NCBI RefSeq assembly: GCF_018977255.1 | Contig: NW_024704743.1 | Coordinates: forward strand, 98,210,001 to 98,274,000 | Direction: 5' to 3' | Origin: Callorhinchus milii | Lineage: Eukaryota | DNA: 64,000 nt | Shown: positions 42,771 through 57,728 of the stretch, in pieces | Numbering within the stretch: the first letter of the stretch is position 1 | How the letters are laid out: each line of letters begins with the position of its first letter | Notes under the pieces: model-generated | What the model was told of the DNA's origin: nothing | Database searches by the model: none | Seen by the model: the letters and a program-made list of their open reading frames with translations, nothing else | Translations under genes and position numbers: made by a program

Positions 42771-43322
42771 TCGGCTGGACTATTCAAACGCCCTCCTCGC
42801 CGGTCTCCCATCCACTACCATCCATCAAATCCAACTCATTCAGAACTCTGCCGCCCGCATTCTTACCCACACTAAACTCCGCTCCCCGATCACCCCAGTC
42901 CTTGCCAGACTGCACTGGCTCCCTATCCCAGAGAGGATCGATTTCAAGATCCTCACTCTCGTATTCAAGTCCCTGCACTCCTCTGCACCGCCCCTACCTC
43001 TCTGACCTCCTCTCTCCTCAGCACAGAACCCGTTGCCTTCGTTCCTCTGGGTCTGGCCTCCTCCTTGTCCCCCGAGTCCTCTGCTCCACACTCGGAGGCC
43101 GTGCCTTCAGCCACTAAGTCCCGAGGTTCTGGAACTGCCTTCCTCACTCCCTTCGTCTCACTCCCTTCCTTCCCATTTTCAGGTCTCTGCCGAAGACCTT
43201 TCTTTTCGACTGCGCCTTTGGTCACCGTCCACCCCTCCCCCCGGCTCGGTCCCGGGATTCTAAACCGTAAAGCGCTCTGAGATGCCGTCCGGCGTGGAGG
43301 GCGCTATATAAATCCAAGTTTT
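42771..43322 (+). mobile_element. L2 3' fragment
   Basis: [13 protein letters not shown]...[10 protein letters not shown]...[22 protein letters not shown] followed by the tail. Confidence 0.9.
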
Positions 43323-45898
43323 TTTGGGGGGTCGAAGGTTTGGAGCGATCATTGTTGTAAATGAGAGGATTGAAAATTCAGATTTCCTTCTGGTTTCACA
43401 GGTTTAAAGACAAATTAGGGCATTGTTGGAATACTTTTTAAAAATGTCAATGTGCCATGCAACATTTTTAATGTGTATTTTTGTTACTTTTGGGGGGCTG
43501 GTTGTAATTCATGTTTATTGGCCTCATTACTTGCTGGGGGGAGGAAGATAGTGGATAGGAGTAGGTATGCATCTATTTGCCTCCATTGTACACCAAGGAT
43601 ATTTGGTTTAGAACTCAATGTTTTCTCTGATTTTTTAGTCTAAATCTATGGTATTTATTTCATCACTCAATTTGATATTGTCTCTGAAACTTCATAAGCT
43701 TTGAGGATTGGTAAATTTGGAATACAAGACATTTCTGAATAAAATTTATCTCAAAGGCATTTACCTGTCTAAAAAGAGTACTCAGGACATAGTAGTAATG
43801 AGTTAGACTAGTTTGAAATAATTAGCATAGTACTGCAGTATTGAACAAGGTTAGGATTGTTCACAGCCAAGTATCAGCAGGTAAAAAGGATAATGTAAGG
43901 AAAAGCTATTTCAGATTTAATGAAGACTGCAGTGCAATGCCAATTCAGTTTTGGCAAAGCTAATTCAGAGAAAAAAGGAAGTTATATTAAAGATGCATTG
44001 CTAGACATCAGAAGCCCAGTATTACTCATGGTCTTAACCTTAACAATGAAGGTTGTGTGGAATTTTAGTTTGAGTAAATTGAGTTTAGAAGTCGGTTTTC
44101 CATGGTTCTTAAAAGGAAACCTTACCTAATGTCTGGTCTTATTGAAGACTTGCTCATTTTAGAACTGTGTCCTCTGGTTTTGCTTTCGTAAGCTGAACAA
44201 ATAGTCTGCTTATATCTACATTAACTAATTTTGCATTTTGCCCACAAAATATACAGTCAATTCATTTTACAGTGTATTCTGTGAAGCGCTTTGAAACATC
44301 TCAAAGATATGATAAGGCACGATATCAAATGCAAGTATTATTATTATTAACTTATCTCACTCAGTGCTTTGATGACCGGAATCATGACTCCATCTTTATT
44401 TATGAAAAGAAGACAAGTGCAGATCTTCTGGTCTCTCCTGGAGCCTCTCTTCTCTGAATCTTCTCATGTGCATGAATATCTATTTGAACGTAAGTGCCAG
44501 AAATGGCACATAGTATTTAGAATATTGCTTCACGGGTGATGTACACAATGTTTGTATAATTTCTTTCAACTTATTGTCAAATGCCCTTGAGATGTAACAT
44601 TGTATTTATTAGCATTTTTGAGAGCAGCTTCAGCAGTGACTGGAAACATTGAAACAAATGATGAATGATCACATCATTTTCTTTCCCCTAACAGTTATAG
44701 TTACGAAGAAAGATAGGGTTTTCAATAGAGCTCGAAAAGCAAAGAGGGGAGCTGATAAGAGGACTTTTAACGTGTATTCTGTGTATAACGTGTATTGCTG
44801 TTTCATATTACTCGTTTGTGCTTTTCAGATGATGGGGGAAAACTTAACACCAAAAAATAACAAGCTGAGAGAAGAAAAAGAACAAAAGTTGAATAGCAGT
44901 GTGGGCAAAATGACGTCAATAATCAGAGGTTGGGGCATAGAAGAATTACATAGATTTACATAGAGTTAGATACTGTGAAGCACAAGCCATTCAGCCCAAT
45001 TAGTGTGTGCCAGTGTTTATAACCTCGCATCTTCACCCACTCCTTACTTCTTCCCATACCCTCTATTCCCTTCACCCTCATGCCTGACAACAATAGAGGG
45101 ATAGTTGAAATGTGTATTTTTGTCTGAAAAAAAATCTTTAAGAAGAAGACAGGCTATATCTAACATGAGTTGTACTTGCCCTCGAGTTTCTTTAAATCAA
45201 GGTCAGGTAATTTAGGGCCTTACATTGATTTTGTTTCACATCAATTTCAGTTTATTGCAACCATAACAAAAAACATTGATCTGATTTTGTCTAAAAGCTA
45301 ATTCATCTCCTCTGTAATATTCTGCTTCCTTTGGGTTAATCAGTTCCAATTTTGAAGAGAGACTTGAGAATTTAAGGCTCTTTTCACTGGAGCTGAGAAG
45401 GCTAAGGGGTGACCTGATAAGAGGTCTTCAAGATTCTGAAAGGTTATAATAGGATAAATAGTAATAGAATATTTCCACTTGGTTGGCAAGTCAGTAAATG
45501 AGAAGGTACAATGCAATACAAACTTACAATTCAAACTTACATTTATATAGTGCTTTTCCTGTTGGGAGGACGTCGCAAGGTACAAACATAAGATAATCAC
45601 AAAACAAATTAAATAAGTGATTAGAAATAAATGAATGTCTTTGGAATTGTTGAATAACTGCAGAAATTAATTATGTCCAGAACGTTTTGAAAAGTATAAT
45701 TGGTTTGTTTTTGTTGTTATGAATTTAGTGATTTTTTATGGTGCTCTTTCAGACCTTCAGATGGTAAAACCTAGCTTGGTGCTTGTGCGGTGGCAGTTTT
45801 GCTTGACTATCTATGAGAAAGTTCAGAGCACTTGATTAGTGGAAGACGTTGCATAAATGAATACACTCCTGAACCCTTACTTTTGGGAGAGACTCATT

Positions 45899-46222
45899 TG
45901 GAGTCCTGTAACTCAGTGGTTAGAGCGCTCGCCTGGCAAGCGAAAGACCTGGGTTCAATTCCAGACAGGTCAGGGTGAAACCTTAGGCAAGTTTCCTTGC
46001 TCCACATGCCTAATAATAATCCCTCCAAAACAAAACAATAATAAATTGGTCATTTTCAATCCACGACTGTTTGTGTGACACTGCTGTGTGCAATTGACTG
46101 CCGCGTTTTGCCCACAAATATACAGTCAATTCACTTTGCAGCATATTCTGTGAAGCGCTTTGAGGTGTCGAGAAGACGTGAAAAGCGCTATATCAAATAC
46201 AAGGATTATTATTATTATTATT
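45899..46222 (+). mobile_element. tRNA-derived SINE, short subfamily
   Basis: Full-length copy with A/B boxes and a (TTA)n tail. Confidence 0.9.
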
Positions 46223-46469
46223 CTTGTCCCTCAATATACTGTTTTACTATTTCCACTATTTTAGTTCTGGTATTTGTATGGTTTCTTACAGTTAAATTGA
46301 TTGGTTGTTTAAACAGTTTTTCTGCTAGTCAAGGAGTAAGGTTGATGGGGATTTGCATTTTGTGTTTTTCTTTCTTGACGTTCTCAGGGTTTCAATGAGT
46401 ACTTTATTGATGGGTCAATTGAAATGTAGGGGAGCAACGGAGGACCAGAAGAGAGTTATAGATATAGGG

Positions 46470-46728
46470 ATATTTGATACAGTGCCTTATCAAATCTTCA
46501 AGATGTCTCAAAGCGCTTCACAAAATATACTGTGAAGTGAATTGACTCTATATTTTGGGGGCGAAACGCTGCAGCCAATTGTGCACAGCGTGTCCTACAA
46601 ACAGTCATGGATTGAGTGACAACTTATTTATTTAAGGAAACTTACCCAACGTTTCACGCTGCTGGTAATCAAACCCAGATCTCTCGCTTGCGAGGCGAGT
46701 GCTCTAACCACCTAGCAATAGGACTCCA
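46470..46728 (-). mobile_element. tRNA-derived SINE with internal deletion, tail-to-tail with the previous copy
   Basis: Reverse-complement match to the head and body. The flanks resemble a decayed CR1 RT fragment. Confidence 0.85.
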
Positions 46729-49700
46729 CATAGGCAAGTTTTTGATTTATTCTCATCTCAAACTATATCTTACACCCCATTAGTGAGCATGGACTGCTTC
46801 AAATTCAGGGAAACGGGCTGCTATATAACTAGGCTAGACGCTAGAGGCAATGTGATAATAGGCATTGAAGAAATAAATTATGCTCTGTTGAACAATAAGG
46901 AGGGAGTCTCTCCTTTTTTTTAGTGAAATGTAGATCTTTGGAATGGGTTGAGTTTTACTCTCATAGGAAATAAGTACTTCCCTGAGGCGACTTCACAATG
47001 GCATTGCGTTCGCCTCATTCCTAGAACAGAATGAGTGAAATATCTCGTAACCTTTTCAACTGCAGGAATGTCTTTACAGTAATTAAGAATGAATAATACA
47101 GGATATGGGAAAAGGTTAGGTCTTCACAGAGGGAACCAACAATTGTGCGTCAACTAGAACCTTTAGGCAATTCAGTGACAAGTAGGAATATGACCACAAA
47201 AGTGTCAGCCTGAAACACTATACAACTTTTCATGCAGTATTAGACAATGAGGAGCTGTTCCATGAGATAAAGCAAATTGGTCTAGGAATACAAGTTGTGG
47301 GAGTTGGAATTGAAGGTCAAATCTAGGGATGGTGGGTCAAGTGTTATCCAACCATTTGCCAGAGCAAGATCCGAAGAACAAGATCTGCAAGGCTTTGACC
47401 ATTAATGAAGGCTGCAACTTGACTATGTGGTGAGTTGTCAGGCTTTGAGGCAAGAATATAATTTAAAGCTCTATGTACCCTTGCATTGTGGTACTTGCAA
47501 GGTGCAAGTGACTGAAATAGGTCCATGGTGACCCTAATTATCTGCTGCTCAACCACCGGAGGGAGATTATAATGCAAAAGAACAGCTCTTTGTTTATCTC
47601 CTCTCCTAATCCACAGAGTCGGACAAGTGAGAGGCATAAAGAACCAGTTCCACCAATTATGATGCAGCTTTTTATACTCTATCTCCTCTGAAGACAACCT
47701 ATATCTGAGTTGTCCTTGTGGAGTTGATTAATACACTATTTTCTCTGATTGGTTGATACACGGAATTGTATCCTGTAAGAGTTGCTACCATCAGAATAGG
47801 AGGGGAAATAATTGACCAAAATATTGCAGAACTTGACCATTTATGAGAACCTTTACAGAGCATGAAGGTCCCAGTATCAATCCCTGGGCTACACTGGATA
47901 CCAGCCAAAGTGGCAGGAAACAAATATACGCGAAGACTTGCATCTCTGTATTGTCCAGTAATAAAGGGCAATGAGAGAACATTATTGATATTCTTATACC
48001 TAAATTCTGATGCATGTTTCTAGCACCTGAAATATAATGGTGGGCACTTTGGGATGTCAGTCTAACATTACTCTGCATTGGTCAAGTCTCACTGATTGTA
48101 TTCAATGGAATATATGTGTGTGTTGCCAATAGAATTTGAACATTGTGTTGAGTATTTAATCAATTATTCTTGCAATCATCCATATTAATTCTTTGTCATA
48201 TATTCATCCAGCTTGTTTTTAAAATGTATCTACATAGTATTGTCTATATTTTTTTTCCTACATAGAAAGTTACAGCACTGAAACAACCCATTCAGCCCAA
48301 CTCATCCATGTTTGGCTTTTATTAATTGAGTATTCCAGTGTATTACTGCTGGCATGTGTATATTCATATGTGTAGAGTGGATAAGGGATAATTCTGGTTC
48401 TCTGTAAAATGGAGATTCACCAATTTGTTGTACATAACTAGTCATAAAATAATAAATAATAACTAGTCACACAAAAGCCAGTTGTTGATAACTAAAATGA
48501 TAGAAAACAAAAGATTGCAAAAAAACAGCAAATATTGTCTTTTGTTTTATAAACATTCTTGCCCTACACGGGACCACATATGTTCACACCTATCCATTAT
48601 TCTACATTTATATATTCAAACATTTAGTGGTATGAGGATCCTTTTGTTAGGATTCAGATCATGCTACAAGCAAGTAGCAAATTGATGAGCTCAGGAGACA
48701 TCATGAACTACAACAATGAACTTTATCAAAATCAATACCGAACCAAGATGTGCCACTGCTTTGTAACTGACTCCCAAACAATTCTTTTAATATAATACAC
48801 CTAAGAAATACTAATTATCATTTTAGCAAAATTGTAGGTTGTAGTGTGGTAATTTACTCAAAGTGAGACAAAAATTAGCAAGCTGAATGCTTCTGCCTAC
48901 AGAATTCATCAATTTCCCCCTTGCCTGTAGCAGAATCTAAACCATAACAATATGATCCTCAAGCATTACCCAGTTAATATATGTGGTCCTATTTAGGGCG
49001 AGGTTGCTTATCAATCCAAAGTCAATACTTAGTGATTCAAAATACAGCTTATTGTATCATGACTCTAAAACAATGATTCTGGACTTAATTTTACAATAAT
49101 TTCTATTCTTGATGGCTGTTATTTTCATCAGGGTGAGGGATGTCAGTAGTAGGGAACAGATCATCGTAATTGACTTGAAGCAATAATGGTAGCATTCTCC
49201 ACTCTCAGGTCAGATATAGCACAGCCAGATATAAAAAGAAGTGTCTTACCTGGCAAAACATTTCAAAGTGCTTTACAAGTAAATATAACAACTTTTTAAA
49301 GGCAAATATTGCATCTATTTGGAACAGCAAGGTCCTACACATGAGGTGAATGAGTTTAATCTGGAGAATTAACAGGATTTGTGAGAAAAGCTTTCTCTAT
49401 CCACTCCCAACACTATAATAAAGTTGCTAGATCCTATTATACTGATCATTCCTATGCGTCTTGGCGGGATTCAAATACCTGGTTTCATAGGTTAAAGTAT
49501 AGCTTGCCGAGTCCACTGCTTCATCCAGCTACCAAGGAAATTAAATTGTTACCCAGGGATTTGCAGTTCCTCTGTAACTGAGTGAAATCAAACCTGATAT
49601 CATTGTAGCTCAATTCATGTGGTCGACCAGCATTTTGAATCAAATCATTTGATTCAATCATGGGAGTTTGTCATCAATCAGCTTCAACTACAATCTTTTT

Positions 49701-50561
49701 CTAGCAAAAGAAAAGATGCATCATCTTTCTAAATTGGTATTAAAGTGCCCGACAATAAGTCCTGTACATTATATACAGAAAATTAGAGTCTGGAATGGTT
49801 CAAGGACACAGCACATTTTGAAATTCAGACATCATCTGAAATCTCAGGTGTAGCTGCTTTTTAACACTCTTCAGTCCATCTATATTTAACTGTTAAATTA
49901 TATTTTATATAGCATAGTTACGTGTGCTCTATAAGAGTTGTAAAAAGTGAAATAGATTTTTCACAGCTATCAGACGAAAAGTAAATATGAAACTCAGTTG
50001 TCTATATCTGCATATCATCAAGCTTGAGAAGTTCACATCTGATTTAAGCAATGAACTATTCACATTCACTCAAATTATTGAAATCTTGATCAAAGCACAA
50101 AAGTACTGCAGTAAATTATTTCAGAGTACATTAGTATTCAAATGGATCTCAGTCTGTCCTTGTAACAGAGGTGCAATGTTGTAATTAGTGCATGGATTTA
50201 GAAGAGGTTCCCATCAGAACTCAAATGTGCCCAGAGATTTGATAGTCTCTAGCACAATTAAATATATTAACATATCTGTGTATAATTAAACTGTTTTTAT
50301 TAAATTATTAATTACTTATTTAAAAAAAAGTCAGCTGCAAAGGCCTTGAGTAAAATAAGTTTTGATAGGCGTAATAGACCTGGGCAAACAGCAAAAAATG
50401 ACCATCATTTGGCACAAATTGGCAGTCTTATTCTGAAAGGGCACTGCAGAGATGAAACACTCACATTGGTATTGCAAGGGATGTTCTTATTTGAAGCTCT
50501 GCTTTACCAGATCTGGCAGTGCTTGGGGAAAAAAATGATCTTTAACCCTTTTCCCTCTTAG

Positions 50562-50680
50562 GAGACATTATTCTTATAACAAAAGTACTCTCTGTAACAT
50601 AGTGTTCAAGTTAGCATATTAACAAGAGGCATTATTCTTATAATAAAAATACTCTCTGTGACACAGTGTTACAGGTAGCA
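50562..50680 (+). repeat. Tandem duplication of a ~63-bp unit
   Basis: CATTATTCTTATAA.AAAA.TACTCTCTGT.ACA.AGTGTT occurs twice. Confidence 0.85.
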
Positions 50681-51598
50681 AGGATCAAGTCACCACAAAA
50701 AATAGAGAATATGTAGTTTCTACCCTCCCTCCAGTACACAAATCTCAGCTATGTTCTGTGGGGAGCAGAGGTTAGATATCTTTCTAGTGAGGAATAAATG
50801 CACCCCATACCCGGATGAGCAACTGTTGGGAATCTCCAGGCCACTGATGACCTGCAGTAGAGAACTGATTATTCATAGTAATTGGTACCAGTCCCATTGT
50901 GGATATGCAAACATTGCAGATAATTGGACAGCACACAAAACCCAAAATAGCTAACTAAAAAAGTGCTCCGTTAGGAGTTATACTATCTCTATACAATTCT
51001 GTGCCAACTCTTCTCTCTCTTTCCAAATCATTCTCTCTCTCTGATCTCTTTCTTGATTTCTTTCTTTCTCTCTCTCTCTCACTCACTTTATATCTCTCTA
51101 CCTATTTCTCTATGATTCTCCTTGTCAACGTCTATCTTTTTCTCTGCTTCTAACCTTACACTACACAAAATTACAAAGATTTCACGTTACAGACATAAAA
51201 CGTCCAGTTGCGTCATGTATAGGAGGTCATTAAGGACATAATTTACATCACATCTTGTAACCTCAAATTGACTTCTGGATCATTGACCCATGCAGATCAA
51301 GAGCATATGAAGACCGTTGTCACACGGCTAAAAAACAATGATCTATCTGGACCACACATTCCATCTTCCCAAAGGATTCCTGTGACACACCTATCTCATT
51401 AGGATAAATCAAAATACAACCTTACATCAAATTTTCAAAAGTCATGAAATTGGAATAAATACATTTTAGTATTTTAGAATAATCAAGTGCCCATTGAGAA
51501 TTGCTCTATTCTTGAAATTACATCTTGTAAGCGATAGTTTTCATCAAAAGAATCTCACCTCTTTTATGCTATGGAGTGTTCTTTTTTAATCCCACATC

Positions 51599-52340
51599 AC
51601 AACAACAACTTGTATTTATATAAGCACCCTCCACACTGGACAGCGTCTCAGAGAGCTTCACAATAACGGAACCCGGGGCCGAGCCAGGGGGAGAAGTAAG
51701 GTGACCAAAGGCGCTGTTGAAAAGAAAGATCTTCAGCCGAGACCTGAAAATAGGAAGAGGGGGAGAGGCAAAGGGAGTGAGGAAGGGAGTTCCATAGCCT
51801 CGGGGCATAGTGGCTGAAAGCACTGCCGCCGAGGGTGCAGCGGAGGACTCGGGGGACAAGGAGGAGGCCAGTCCCGGTGGAACTAAGGTAATGGGCACTG
51901 TTGTGAGGAAAAAGGAGGTCAGAGAGATAGGGGAATGCAGAGGAGTGGAGGGATTTGAAGACAAGGGTGAGGATCTTGAAGTCGATCCTCACTGGGACAG
52001 ACAGCCAGTGCAGTCTGGCAAGGACTGGGGTAATCAGGGAGCAGAGTTTGGTGCGGGTATGACTGCGGGCAGCAGAGTTTTGTATGACCTGGATTTTATG
52101 AATGGTAGTGGAGAGGAGACCCGCGAGGAGGGCATTTAAATAGCCCAGCCAAGAGGTGACAAAGGCATGGACCAGGGTTTCAGCGGCTTTTGGAGTGAGG
52201 TATTGGCGAAGATGGGTGATGCATCAGAGGTGGAAGAAAGCGATGCTGGTGAGGGACCGGATGTGGAGGGGAAGAATAATTGGAGGTCGAACCTGACGAC
52301 TAGATTGCGTACTGGTTCGGAGAGTTTTAGGGAGAGGTCG
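51599..52340 (-). mobile_element. L2 3' fragment
   Basis: [15 protein letters not shown]...AFSHYAPRLWNSLP and a (TTG)n tail. Confidence 0.9.
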
Positions 52341-55300
52341 GGAAGGTGGAGGAAGTGAGAACCGTGTGATTTTAGATGTTGACGAGAGCCAAAGAGTATT
52401 CAAATCACACCCTAATTCCACCTCCACCCCATGAGAAATATACAAACATTTGGTTGAAAATGAGTTCTATATATTCAGAGCAAATCAGGAACTATTCAAC
52501 TGCTGGTGATAAGATGAAATGTGCAATGAAATGTGTGTCGTGGAACTGAAAACAAACCATTTATTTACAGATGAAGACACAAGCCAATTTTATTTCCAAA
52601 GATACAGACTTTGGTATGTGTAAGATAAATCAAACCCTTCAAAACAGCATTGGCTTGGTATACATGGGGCATTAGTTACAGACGTTCCTGATATTTCTTT
52701 GGAACACAATGACTGAGGCAAGAGGCCTGCTCACATACAGCTAAATGACAGATAAAACCTTGGTAATATTGATCATTCCAAAAACTTGGTGATAATCCCA
52801 GACATTCAAAGTGTAATTAATTGTGAAGAGAAAATATTCATGATATTTTTCGGTTGGTTGGTAGTTTGAAACATGTATTAACCTTTTTTTTACTGTTTAT
52901 ATTGTTGACATTGAAAACGATTTTACTTGTCTCTTGGGGACATGGAGTAACCTTTCCCTCTTGAGGGAACGGCGGTCACTTCATTGCAGTGTGAATAGGG
53001 CATACAACCACCGCTTACAGACGGAGATACTGTACAGCTGTAACATAGATCATGTGTCCATGCATATGAACAGCAAGCAGAAGAGTTTAAAAAGAAATAT
53101 ACAGAATAAATGAACATTACGTTTGAGCAGTACAGCGCAGTCATGTCAGACTCGTATAGAATACATGCCATCATTATCACCACACTGATGCTCCCTCGGC
53201 ATTCTTTCTCCTGCTTTCCATCATTCCCACAGCCCAAATCATTAAACCTTTATCAAATCCAGGCATCATTATACATTAGGTTTCACTTAACCATGCCATG
53301 AAGTGTAAACTTATATTATATCTCAGTAAGAGAGTAAATAGTCCCCTGATCCATTGATCCTGTGCCTTCATTCTGACGAAAAGTGCAATCTGTCTCTTCT
53401 CCCCTTCAGTAAAGTTTGATAATAACCGAAGCAATATTATTGAAATGCAGAAATAGAATTCTGTCAGAAATTGAAACACTAATTGGAACAAGCAAAATTC
53501 ATGGAAAACTCAGAAGCAGATTTTTGAAGACAGCGTCAGAGTAGTTTTAAACCAGAACTATTACAGGGAGCGCCTGGTTGGCAAGTTTCACTGGTCAATC
53601 ACTATTTACAATGCATGGCATAATCACTAATGCTCTAGCTCCCAATGGGGGGAGGGTGTAAATTGTGAGATTCACAAGATGATTTGTAAATAGCAAATCC
53701 AGAAGGTCCATTGGTTAAACCTCTGGACTCCACTTGATCTCACTGAATTCTGTGAGGCTGACATTGAGCAAAGTAACGAGGTCAGTTATAACACATCTGG
53801 GATTCACTATTTAATTAATGCTTTTGCATACCTCACAATTTAGACCCCAAGTTACAAGCCCTTATTTTCCAAGCTGAGTTAAACCATTGTGTGCTGAACT
53901 GGATCCATGGCACGGATGTGAACACTTGGCAAGCAAAACCAAGAGAGGGGCAGTTCCCTCTTCGAGTTGTCATCATGAAACCTTATATTCAAATAGTAAT
54001 CACCAGCGTACAAGAAAAGAAGAGCTCCATGGCAAACAAAGTTTTCAGTGGATTTCACCTGAAATAAAATAAAAATAAGAATTATTTAAATATGTCAATC
54101 ACACAAACCCAGAACAATTTATCATCACACACAGAGACAGCTTACCACAGATAGACTTTGGGTTGAAGACTATCTTTCCCAAGCTTTGAATCGGCAACAT
54201 AATGGTTTACCACTATGCCACCAAATCAATGGTTCACACGGATCCCATCGATCTCTTAACTAGTGTTGGTATTACATTGTATGTGAATCTTTAAAGATGG
54301 ATCAATGTAATATGGTTCTACATTCAGAAGTTATGAACTGGGCAAAAATCTGTGTCACATATAGTACAGTGGTGGTTCATATTGAAAAAAGATTTATTTT
54401 AATTGCATTTTATAAAAAAAACAATTTTAGAAGGCTGCACTATTTAGTTTCAGACACGTTTTGAAAGGAGGGAGGAATTATCACTGTATTGCTAACAGGT
54501 CAAAATCATACAGTTAGAATCATACATTTCAGACTTAGGAAACCATTTAATTCAGATTTTACCAGATTTTATTTTTCTGCATAACTGATACAAAAGGGAC
54601 ACATCAAATTGGAATATAAATTGTTTTACACAAGCTATTTTAATTATATAGGCTTATAGTAAATGAGAAATGACACACAAAAATATTTTGTGGGCAAACT
54701 TTGATGCTGAATATTAAAATCCTATCAAGTAAGACAATGCTTCTTCATTTTAAACTTAGCAGACAGAGTGGACAGATGACATTTTGCTAAAGCACAGCTT
54801 GTAATCTGGTTTGTTTGCTTGAGCTGAAACGTCAACGGAGTGGATTACTGTGACTCACTGGGAGTTTATGTGATTCAATAACAGATTGTGAACAAATTGA
54901 AATAAATGAGATTCATGCTTTCTAACAGATAACAAATAGTGTGAGCACACTGTTCAGTGTTAGATTTGCAATATTGGCCTTGGAGAGGGGGACTGCATGT
55001 GGAGAACCAAACAAAAATGTGTCAAGTAAAATGCAGCCTTGTTCTTTCCCATTAAATGGTTAACCAAGCAAACAAGCACAAATGGAAGCAATTCATTTAC
55101 TAACTTGCTAGGAAAAATGAAAATTGTAACCTGATCGTAAAGCTGTGACAGTGCATGATAAATAGTTAGGATCAACTCTCAGCAGATTAAATGCTACTTG
55201 AAGTAAAATATTTGCATGTATGAACCACATCTAATCGCTGCACTGTAAGCATCAGGGGGAATGTCTCTGTAAGATAATAAACCATGATTTAAGCCAAAAT

Positions 55301-57385
55301 TCTTTCTGATCCTTCTCCCAGCCCCTGCTTCCCATATCACAACAATGTTTGAAATGAATGAGAGAACGGAAAGAGTATTCCTAATTGCAAAACAAGTATA
55401 AAAAAACAATAATTCAATTAAACAGAACAAAACACTTTGACATTTAGATCTGGAAAGGTACAGAAACGTATAACCCGAAAGTTTTCTATGGTGGGAGTGA
55501 ATGGGAATCAACTGAGTAAGGTAATTTCTGGGATTGGTACCTTATTTCATCCATAACCACTTGTATTCCTGTTTGTTCTTCCACATCTTTCTTTTTAATT
55601 TGTTTTATTCTTTCCTTTTATTATTTAGTCTCTGTTTAATTGTTTGTTCTAGCTGATATTATCCAGGTTTTTTGTTGTCTGGCACAGAGATTGTACAATG
55701 AATTTAAGGACATTGTCACACTGGTAAAATGTCCTACAAGCCATTACCAAGCTTATTAACAGTAGCACCAAATGATGTGACTGGTCGTGTAATAATGGCT
55801 TCTGGATGTGTAAGTTTTAATATATGTGTTCTGGACTTAGGGTTTATTTGGTAATGTTGTAAAACTGAGTGCCATCTATTAGACTAGATTTGGTAGTCTA
55901 GATTAGACTATACTATGAACAAACCAGGTAACTGGAGTGAATAAACATCAGTTAACTGGCAACGAGCCATACTGCAATAAAAGTTTGCAGGTTGAGCTAG
56001 AGTGTATTGATAACACGAATGTGCCTTGACACAGAAAATATTAAAAAATAGTCAAATGTAAAATGCGTTAAATCCGAAAAAACCTCTCCCCTAGTATTAA
56101 ATGATGTGGTAAACTCCCCAAAATTTGTTAAAATCAGATCTTGGTTAAAAGTGCATGAAAGAGTATCTTTTTTTGGAGGGAGAAGAGTGAAGCAGAGTCA
56201 TGCATCACTTTAGTGAAAACAATGCCAGGCTTAATTGACAGAGGTCATGCATTCATTCCCCTGTGATTGGCATCACTGTACTCTGTTTGTAAACAAAAAA
56301 GAGAAAAGGTTTGCCAAACACTTTGTCAGTATGACGACACCCTCTTAATATCATTTTGTTCCTGGCAGATAAGAAATGATCTTTGGATGGCTGTAAAGCC
56401 TCAGCCATACAATCACTTACAACAGGGCATCTAAAACGTTTCATTCATTGTGGAAGAGTGTTTTGCTTTAAGAGCAAGTCTGGGCTCTAATCAGAACTTT
56501 ATCTTGTCCACTTTTCCCCCACACTTTTCTGTTTCTGCTTCCTTTCTCTGATCAATCTTACATAACACTCCTGTACTCATAAAATTCAAGCATAGAAAAG
56601 TAATATAAAAGCAATTCTGAGCTTGTTCTGCTATCACTGATACAATCTACTTTGCCATTGTGTTTTGTTCTATAATAATTCATGTCAGAATACAACTATT
56701 TGAAGCAACCACTTGTGGTCAAATGGTATGTGGCAGAAGGTTCATCTGTAGGATTCCTGATGTCAAATAAGAGATACAATCCTTGTTTATTCCTTCTGGA
56801 TACCTTTGTGCAGCAAAGTTAATCTTTATCTTGACATTTCTACTGCAATGAATCTTGTTTGGATTTATTGATCAGTTCTGAAACACTAATAAACTGTGTT
56901 TGTCCCAGATGCTGAACTTAACAAGGCTTGCCTTTTATGGAACACTCAATTTTTAAAAGGTTTACTCACTGAATCTATATAGAATGTGTTGGATCCAATT
57001 GAAGTAATAACATGCCCGAGATCATTGTTGTGGACCCCATTTTGATAGTCCTGGTATGGGAGGACAGTGAGGGCAAATGGTCCCACAGTGTTTTTGCTCT
57101 GGTTCGTGAGCTTTACTTCCAGAGATGTTGGGTCACCAGTTTGGCACTCCACTACCACATCACAGTCACAGGGCTGACCAGCTACCAGCACATCTGTAGA
57201 AAGGGAACAGAAGGGAAAGGTTTATGAGTAGATTTAAGATTTTTTTTTCTCAAATTTCCTTTCTGCAAGGAAGTTACTCACATTCTACTACCTTACCCCG
57301 AGTAGTTATTCTCAAAAACTATACACCATATATTCTATCTTTGGAGCCACCATAGCCAAGCCTTTGTCTGTACTCTGAGTTACCA

Positions 57386-57728
57386 TATAATAATAATAAT
57401 AGTCCTTAAAGTCTTCGAGATGTCTCAAAGTGCTAAACAGAATATACTGTAAAGTGAATTGACTATATTTTGTGGGCGAACCACAGCAGCCAATTTCGCA
57501 CAACAGTGTCCCACAAATAGTCGTGGACTGAGTGACCAAATATGATGGATTATTATCCCCGGAAAAGTGATCCGCCAATTGCCTAACAACCGGGTTCCTA
57601 CTTACTGCTAGGTAAACAGAAGTGTGTGGAGCAAGGAAACTTGCCCAACGTTTTGCCCTGCCGGGAATTGAATCCAAGTCCTCTCACTTGCGAGGTGAGT
57701 GCTCTAACCTCTAATTTATAGGGTTCCA
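57386..57728 (-). mobile_element. tRNA-derived SINE, long subfamily (extra ~60-bp internal segment)
   Basis: Same head and tail, plus the segment TCTGTTTACCTAGCAGTAAGTAGGAACCCGGTTGTTAG. Confidence 0.88.
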
